Source: Candidatus Blackburnbacteria bacterium (GTDB lineage: Bacteria > Patescibacteriota > Microgenomatia > UBA8517 > UBA10165). From it: a stretch of DNA of 64,000 nt. The notes beneath the pieces were generated by a model. The model searched no databases and had not been told where the DNA came from. It saw nothing but the letters and a program-made list of their open reading frames with translations. The position numbers and the translations under genes are program-made. Positions 58,504-64,000 of the stretch are shown here, piece by piece. Position 1 is the stretch's first letter. Each line of letters opens with the position of its first letter. The stretch covers positions 614,479-678,478 of the forward strand of contig JACPEJ010000001.1 in assembly GCA_016183565.1 (NCBI GenBank), given 5' to 3'.

Positions 58504-59214
58504 TTAGCCCATATTCGCGTATACCCGCTGTACATCGTCGTGTTCGTCTAGGTTTTCGAGAAGTCGAAGAGCTTGTTGGCCGCTTGTGGAATCAGAAGTT
58601 GGGACAAGAATTTTTGGTTTAAAAACTAGCTCTGCGCTTTTTATTGCCATGCCGGCTTGTTCTATTTTTTCTTTTGTTTTGAAAAGATCATCAGGTTTGG
58701 TGTGTACCTCAATCCCGTCTTCAACAATTTCTACATCTTCTACTCCAAGGTCAATGATTTCCAGGGCTTGTTCTTCGGGGTTTTTTTTCTTTTCGACGAA
58801 AATTTGGCCAGCGTGCTGGAATTGAAAACTAACAGAGCCGGGGGTACCCAAGGACCCCCCTCCCCTTTCGAAAATATTTTTAACTTCCTGAGCAGTTCTG
58901 TTTTTGTTGTCAGTTACAGCTTCAACTATAATTGCTACTCCGCCAGGGCCATATCCTTCGTAGACAACGTTTTCTATTGTTTTTCCACCTGCCCCATCAG
59001 CTCGACTTATCGCGCGCCCTATATTGTCTTTAGGCATGTTGTATTGCCTAGCTTTTTCGACAAGAGCACGGAGTTGGAGGTTGGTATCGGGATTGGGGCC
59101 AGTTCGTGCAGCCAATGTTATTGCGCGGGCAATTTTAGAAAACATTTGTCCTCTTTTGGAGTCATTAGCTTCTTTTTGTCTTTTAATGGTTGACCATTTG
59201 GAATGTCCGGACAT
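58504..59214 (-). CDS. YebC/PmpR family DNA-binding transcriptional regulator
   Basis: MSGHSKWSTIKRQKEANDSKRGQMFSKIARAI. Confidence 0.85.
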   Translation of the reverse strand: MSGHSKWSTIKRQKEANDSKRGQMFSKIARAITLAARTGPNPDTNLQLRALVEKARQYNMPKDNIGRAISRADGAGGKTIENVVYEGYGPGGVAIIVEAVTDNKNRTAQEVKNIFERGGGSLGTPGSVSFQFQHAGQIFVEKKKNPEEQALEIIDLGVEDVEIVEDGIEVHTKPDDLFKTKEKIEQAGMAIKSAELVFKPKILVPTSDSTSGQQALRLLENLDEHDDVQRVYANMG

Positions 59215-59618
59215 GGTAGGAAGGTAGTACGGGTATTATACCACCCTTGAGGCTCAAGGCGCTGAGGTGAATGGATAGTCACTCTTGACCCTGTTTGAGC
59301 TTAGCATTCGCCTTTACAGTATTATCCATACACGACTCATGCTGCGCTCTTAACGGGGTCTGCGCCCCGCTGGTGCAAGCACCATAGCGGGGCTTGACAA
59401 AATTTATTACAGACATATACTCAACTTACCCGAATTTGCAATTTTCTGAAGTTGAGTAGAACCCAATATAGCTATTTGTAGCATGTAAATTAATGTATGT
59501 TAGGTATAATACTCAATTGAACAACCACGTAAAATGAGAAACGTTTAACGGCAAACGGGAAATGGCAAACCCTTAATGCTTTACGTATCACGTTTTGCGT
59601 TTTCCGTATCACGAGTTT

Positions 59619-60344
59619 ATGAATCAACTTGCCCAAAGAGCTGTCCAGGCTGCAATACGAGGCAACTGGCAAGAAGCAGCACAAATAAACGAGGATGTTT
59701 TAAGAGAATCACCAAATGATAAGGATGCTCTTAATCGGCTTGCCCACGCGTACGTTGAGCTTGGTAAACGCCAGCAGGCACTTCTAACTTACAAAAAAGT
59801 AATTAAACTCGATCCTTATAATACAATTGCTAAAAAGGCTGTTGATAGATTGCAAAAACTAAAGGGTAGCGCTTCGCGTGGCCGACCAAGACTTCGACCT
59901 TTACCCAATGGTCAGTCGGCCGTAAAATCAGCGACAGTATTTCTTGAAGAACCCGGTAAGACAAGGACTGTTTCTTTAATCCATCTTGGAAGTAGCACTG
60001 CTCTTTCCAGTTTGGATATTGCGTATGAAGTTAAACTTGTCCCTCATGCTCATCGTGTGTCTGTTGAAATAGGAAGTGGACAGTATATAGGAAGATTGCC
60101 GGACGATATCTCCCGAAGAATAATCAAGTTTTCAAGAGAAGGTAATGAGTATGAGGCCTTTGTCCGTTCTGTTAACCAAGATAGTGTGCGTATATTTATT
60201 AGGGAGACTAAGCGAGGTGTGAGTATAGCGGATATTCCCTCTTTTCCTTTGACTGAAAAACCAAATTACGTTGCTTTTACACCACCTGATCTTATTCACG
60301 ACGAACGACCTGAAGTAGAGAGCCTGGAAGAGGAATCTGAGTGA
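59619..60344 (+). CDS. TPR-repeat protein (ORF open from 59595)
   Basis: TPR-like helical repeats (ALNRLAHAYVELGKRQQALLTYKKVIKLDPYN). Confidence 0.5.
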   Translation: MNQLAQRAVQAAIRGNWQEAAQINEDVLRESPNDKDALNRLAHAYVELGKRQQALLTYKKVIKLDPYNTIAKKAVDRLQKLKGSASRGRPRLRPLPNGQSAVKSATVFLEEPGKTRTVSLIHLGSSTALSSLDIAYEVKLVPHAHRVSVEIGSGQYIGRLPDDISRRIIKFSREGNEYEAFVRSVNQDSVRIFIRETKRGVSIADIPSFPLTEKPNYVAFTPPDLIHDERPEVESLEEESE

Positions 60345-60346
60345 GT

Positions 60347-61345
60347 TTAGAAGTATTTCACAAAATCTTCACCTAATATAATTTCTAAGCTCGCGGGGCC
60401 GGCAGGATCCTTTGAATCAGAGGTGCATCCAAAAAGGCCGATGATCTGTTTGGCTGCCCGAGATTTGAGTGTTTTTCCCCTTTCTCGGACTACGCAAACT
60501 TCTTTAAGATTTTCTTGGCCTGTATCAATAGCGACAACTCTAATTCCTAGGATTGAAACCGTGCGGGAGACCTCTGCCCCTACTCCGCTTTTGCCTGTGG
60601 CGTTGGTAATTTTTATTGTTTTTGCTTCTTCGAAAACTTTATCATCGCGCAGGGCGTCTAGAACCAGAACGGTCTTTTCTGGAATGACCAGAAAACCCTT
60701 CTCGCCGTCTGCGAGAAATGACTCTTTAATCGCGCCAGAGGACACAAGATTTATCTCGCGACGATTTAGAGTGCTTACCCGACCAACGGCGACTGCCAGG
60801 TTGAGCCGATCAAAAAAAGTAAGATTTGTTCCGAGTTTGGCGTTAGGTAGTGCCTTAATCATCGAAGGTAAAAACGAGAAACTGCTGTTTTGGAAAAATC
60901 CTTTGCCTTGCCTATTCATCCAACCGTCAATTGGCATTCCTAGGGATTTTTGCACGGAAGATGCAAAAAGTCTTCCTCCTTTTTTCTCTTGGTCGTCAAG
61001 GGCCCAAAGGCTACCTGCCATCCATTCTCCATATCCCATCGCAGAGGTAAGCTGTGTTTCTTTGGGGATTGGGAATGTGATTAGGGTTTGGCTTCGCGGG
61101 TTGTAAGAATAAACAGTTGGGTCAGGGGTTGCTACAACAACAGTTATGCGGCTATTGCCATCCCAAAGTCTGTTTTGCCATGCTAAATATACTTTAAATA
61201 CTACAAATACTAGAACCAAGCTTAGGACAGCTAGAATGAAACGAATTACATAAACTTTGTAAATATCAGTCTTTTTGCGACTTGATGATTTACGACGCGA
61301 TATAGTTTTTCGGGCGCGGGATTGACTTTTGGGTTTTCCGGGCAC
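60347..61345 (-). CDS. LCP (LytR-CpsA-Psr) family protein with C-terminal LytR_C domain
   Basis: TM anchor, an LCP core, and a C-terminal IKITNATGKSGVGAEVSRTVSILGIRVV. Confidence 0.55.
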   Translation of the reverse strand: MPGKPKSQSRARKTISRRKSSSRKKTDIYKVYVIRFILAVLSLVLVFVVFKVYLAWQNRLWDGNSRITVVVATPDPTVYSYNPRSQTLITFPIPKETQLTSAMGYGEWMAGSLWALDDQEKKGGRLFASSVQKSLGMPIDGWMNRQGKGFFQNSSFSFLPSMIKALPNAKLGTNLTFFDRLNLAVAVGRVSTLNRREINLVSSGAIKESFLADGEKGFLVIPEKTVLVLDALRDDKVFEEAKTIKITNATGKSGVGAEVSRTVSILGIRVVAIDTGQENLKEVCVVRERGKTLKSRAAKQIIGLFGCTSDSKDPAGPASLEIILGEDFVKYF

Positions 61346-61401
61346 TGTATTAAAAGTAACACAGAGAGAACAAGGAAAACAAATTTGTCTTCAACTGATG
61401 A

Positions 61402-63117
61402 TCATTCAATGGCGAAGCGGTTGCGGAAGAGCTTGTTGAGTTCGAGTTGGCTTCGGCCTCTGAAGAAGCCTAGATCGGTCCAGTGATTTCTTAAAGCTTC
61501 CATTACAAATTCTCCTGAGACGACTTCGGGCACAATAACATAGTCAGATCCTGCCTCGTACAAAGTTTTTGCGTCTGAAACAGACGAAGCACGGGTTAAT
61601 ATTGGTGCACGGGCTTTCCTTCTTTTGGCTTCATTAAGAAGAATTAAATTATCGTCTAGGGAAGGAGCTGTTGAGATAATAATCCTTGCTTTTTCAAGGT
61701 TCAAAAATTCTAATGTTTCAGGGTCTCCCAAGTCTCCATACATTGCGGTTATGTGTTCGTTAGTTAAGTTTTGTATTACTCGTGGATTAAAGTCCAAAAC
61801 AACCAATGCTACTCGTTCTCGCCTAAGAAACCTTATAATTTCCCCACCCATGCGGTGCGCTCCTATTAAGACAACATGATCCTTCGATAAAGCTCCGTCT
61901 TTTTTCATCTCAATTTGGTGAATAAATTTGCCTCGCTCAAAAATACTTATAAAAGAAGCGAACTTTTTGTAGAGATTGCGGGATGAGGTAATCATCACAG
62001 AAGAAACCATTATTGAAATGACTGCTGCAAGTGCAATTGCGGTAACCGCTTCTTGCGAGACAACTCCGAGCTTAAGACCAATAACCATGATGATAAGAGA
62101 AAATTCTGAGATTTGTGAGAGATTGAGAGATGTTTGGAAAATAGTGTGCTTGCGGAAACCGAAGGCGCCTAGAATAAACGAGAATATTAACGGCTTAATA
62201 AGAATAGCGTAGAGCGTAAAAATTATAATAAGTGGCAAGGCCAACGCAATATCTTGGAATACTACCTGGGAACCGAGGTAAACAAAGAACAACATAACAA
62301 AAAAGTCGCGCAGGGGTTTAACTTTGCCCTGGATTTCCCAATAGAATGGAGAGTTTGCAAGGGCAAGACCAGCGAGGAATGCGCCGATAACGACAGAAAA
62401 ACCTAACAATACTGAGATTGATACGAATATAAAACACCAAGCCAGGGAGACTAAGAACAGAAGCTCGGGTGAATCCGCAACTACTTTAAATATACGCTTT
62501 AATACATATTTGGATAAGAAAAGAGCAGTTGCTAAAAGTCCTGTGCTCTTAAGAAAGATAGCTAAGACGGGAAACGCTTGAGTTAGCCCGCTATTCAAAA
62601 CAGAATTACCAACAGTCAAAACCATTAAGATTATTATTGCTGCTAAATCCTCAAGAAGAAGGATGCCTATAGAAAGTTTGCCATAAAGCGAGCTTAGGTC
62701 TTTTTTCTCTAATAAAAGTTTTACAACAACGATTGTTGAAGAAAATGCTAAGCCAAATCCCAAAAACAAACTCTCAGCTTGGGTAAATCCAAGTAATGAT
62801 GCTACTCCAAAACCAGTTATACTGGAAAGCAAAATTTGCACAAGGGCACTGACAATTATGGGTTTCCCTAGGTTTTTTATCTCTTTCCAGTCCATCTCCA
62901 TTCCAATCAAAAACAAGACAAAAGCAATCCCGATTTCCGGGAAAACCATGAGGGAGGAGCTAGAAAGATCAAAGACTCGCCAAACGGAGAATAGAACACC
63001 AGTAAGAAGATAGGCTACTATAAGAGGCAGTCTAAGAGTTTTAACTGCGTATCCAATAACTGCAGCTACTCCTAAGACTGCAGCAAGTTCTAAAAACAAT
63101 GAACTGGCATCACCCAC
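61402..63117 (-). CDS. Cation:proton antiporter (CPA2/Kef-type) with C-terminal RCK/TrkA-N domain
   Basis: About 12 TM helices, then VVLIGAHRMGGEIIRFL...VVLDFNP (Rossmann RCK). Confidence 0.75.
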   Translation of the reverse strand: MGDASSLFLELAAVLGVAAVIGYAVKTLRLPLIVAYLLTGVLFSVWRVFDLSSSSLMVFPEIGIAFVLFLIGMEMDWKEIKNLGKPIIVSALVQILLSSITGFGVASLLGFTQAESLFLGFGLAFSSTIVVVKLLLEKKDLSSLYGKLSIGILLLEDLAAIIILMVLTVGNSVLNSGLTQAFPVLAIFLKSTGLLATALFLSKYVLKRIFKVVADSPELLFLVSLAWCFIFVSISVLLGFSVVIGAFLAGLALANSPFYWEIQGKVKPLRDFFVMLFFVYLGSQVVFQDIALALPLIIIFTLYAILIKPLIFSFILGAFGFRKHTIFQTSLNLSQISEFSLIIMVIGLKLGVVSQEAVTAIALAAVISIMVSSVMITSSRNLYKKFASFISIFERGKFIHQIEMKKDGALSKDHVVLIGAHRMGGEIIRFLRRERVALVVLDFNPRVIQNLTNEHITAMYGDLGDPETLEFLNLEKARIIISTAPSLDDNLILLNEAKRRKARAPILTRASSVSDAKTLYEAGSDYVIVPEVVSGEFVMEALRNHWTDLGFFRGRSQLELNKLFRNRFAIE

Positions 63118-63120
63118 AGT

Positions 63121-63165
63121 TCAAAGGTAGCACAGGTAGTACAGGTAGTACAAGTAGTATAGGGG
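63121..63165 (-). repeat. 9-bp tandem repeat (GGTAGCACA-GGTAGTACA-GGTAGTACA-AGTAGTATA), second copy of the family seen at 15215-15250
   Basis: On the minus strand it reads CTACTTGTACTACCTGTACTACCTGTGCTAC, directly downstream of the rluA stop. Confidence 0.6.
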
Positions 63166-63220
63166 AGGCGTGAGAGGCGTTTAGCCTTGCAAGGAAGACC
63201 TTGCGAGGTTACCTTAACTG

Positions 63221-63973
63221 CTAGAGCAGTAAGACATCCTCTAGTTCTTTGGGTAATGGTGCTTCTATGGTTATGTGTTTTTCAGTTACCGGGTGGGTGA
63301 ACGTAAGGCTTTTGGCGTGCAGGAAGAGCCTTGGGCACCATTCTCTGTCTCGTCTTGCGGTTTTTCTCCCTGCATAAAGTATATCTCCTACCACAGGATG
63401 ACCAATGTGTTTTAGGTGAACTCTGATCTGGTGAGTTCGGCCGGTTTTTGGATAGAGCTCAAGCAGGGAAAGCGAGGTTGTAGGTTGTAGGTTGTAGGTT
63501 GTAGGTTGTAGGTTGTAGGTTGTAGAAATTTGGCTTGCCAGTTGATTGATCAACGACTTGACTATGTACAGTGTTTTTGCCTCTCGCCCGTCTTTCAATA
63601 CACCAAATCTTGTTCTTTTCCAAGGAAGCCGACCGACAGGCGCGTTGATTGTCCCTTCAGTTGGTTCTACTCTGCCATGAACTAACGCTACATAGCCCTT
63701 CTCTACTCCCCGTTCTTTAAACTGCTTTTGCAAATTTTCAAAAACCTCCGGAGTTTTAGCAATAAGCAATACGCCGCTTGTTTCTTTGTCTAATCTGTGG
63801 ACTAGCCCGTTTCGCATTTCAAAGTCATGTGCTAGTGGAAAATTGAAATTCGTATCAATCCAATCCTGAAGGGTTTCATCCTCTGTCGCAAAACCTCGGT
63901 TTACAACCATTCCGGAGGGCTTGTTAATAGCAAGTAGATAGTCGTCTTCAAACAATATATGTGGTTGAATCAT
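63221..63973 (-). CDS. RluA-family pseudouridine synthase carrying an in-frame heptanucleotide-repeat insertion
   Basis: ETSGVLLIAKT, HQIRVHLKHIGHPVVGD. The inserted peptide TTYNLQPTTYNLQPTT is encoded by (GGTTGTA)8 at 63475-63530. Confidence 0.75.
   Translation of the reverse strand: MIQPHILFEDDYLLAINKPSGMVVNRGFATEDETLQDWIDTNFNFPLAHDFEMRNGLVHRLDKETSGVLLIAKTPEVFENLQKQFKERGVEKGYVALVHGRVEPTEGTINAPVGRLPWKRTRFGVLKDGREAKTLYIVKSLINQLASQISTTYNLQPTTYNLQPTTSLSLLELYPKTGRTHQIRVHLKHIGHPVVGDILYAGRKTARRDREWCPRLFLHAKSLTFTHPVTEKHITIEAPLPKELEDVLLL
63475..63530. repeat. Heptanucleotide tandem repeat (GGTTGTA) x8 inside the rluA CDS
   Basis: Seen directly: ggttgtaggttgtaggttgtagg... Confidence 0.9.
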
Positions 63974-64000
63974 AAACGGAATCTGAAGAATGTGTGGAAA

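Noticed and set aside
1-64000. CRISPR array search
   Set aside because: No series of regularly spaced direct repeats with unique spacers was seen. The repeats present are dispersed REP-like palindromes and short tandem micro-repeats, not CRISPR.

Overview
The window is a 64-kb chromosomal fragment with about 40% GC and compact, co-directional gene blocks. Many housekeeping proteins are shortened: thrS lacks the TGS domain, trigger factor lacks the PPIase domain, and pheT and holB are short. There is a very large type IV pilus locus and an H+-pyrophosphatase. All of this fits a Candidate Phyla Radiation (Patescibacteria-like) bacterium using the standard genetic code (TGA, TAA and TAG all terminate long ORFs).

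Recognisable content, left to right:
- A Gp49/HigB-like toxin with an XRE-HTH antitoxin.
- A lytic-transglycosylase-like membrane protein.
- A GC-atypical islet containing hypothetical genes, tRNA-Leu(UAG) and a frameshifted FMN reductase.
- DUF192, ThpR, CAP-domain, DUF2905, thermonuclease and polyprenyl synthase genes.
- A MurE-like ligase, trigger factor, an HD phosphohydrolase and tRNA-Val(GAC).
- An ~400-nt GC-rich non-coding island with an intrinsic terminator, which I read as a candidate structured RNA.
- A LytR_C membrane protein.
- The thrS-infC-rpmI-rplT-pheS-pheT block, PBP1A, tyrS and recG.
- A two-gene hypothetical cassette with a Pol-beta nucleotidyltransferase signature.
- rpmF-nusB-rnc-rpsP-KH.
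- An ~14-kb type IV pilus cluster on the minus strand: pilB, pilT, pilC, 10 pilin-like genes, pilD, a PilX-like gene, pilM, pilN and pilO.
- holB, then an IS200-like REP-associated tyrosine transposase (RAYT).
- gyrB, hppA, and gyrA carrying a 391-aa intein.
- A SurA_N-like protein and a Xer-type recombinase next to a candidate dif-like site.
- YebC, a TPR protein, an LCP protein, a CPA2 antiporter and an RluA gene.

Main hunt results:
- A family of at least 8 copies of a ~38-bp palindromic REP-like element (CCCGAYGTGCAAAGCTATTCCAC-N7-8-GTGGAA) sits at gene ends.
  - Two copies flank the RAYT gene in inverted orientation.
  - One copy lies in-frame inside the murE-like CDS.
  - Two copies carry nested extra hairpins.
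- There are heptanucleotide tandem repeats inside the rluA and recG coding sequences.
- There are recurring 9-bp tandem repeats downstream of genes.
- Candidate ncRNAs, a possible Xer/dif pair, and a REP-adjacent nucleotidyltransferase-fold cassette are the most interesting unexplained items.
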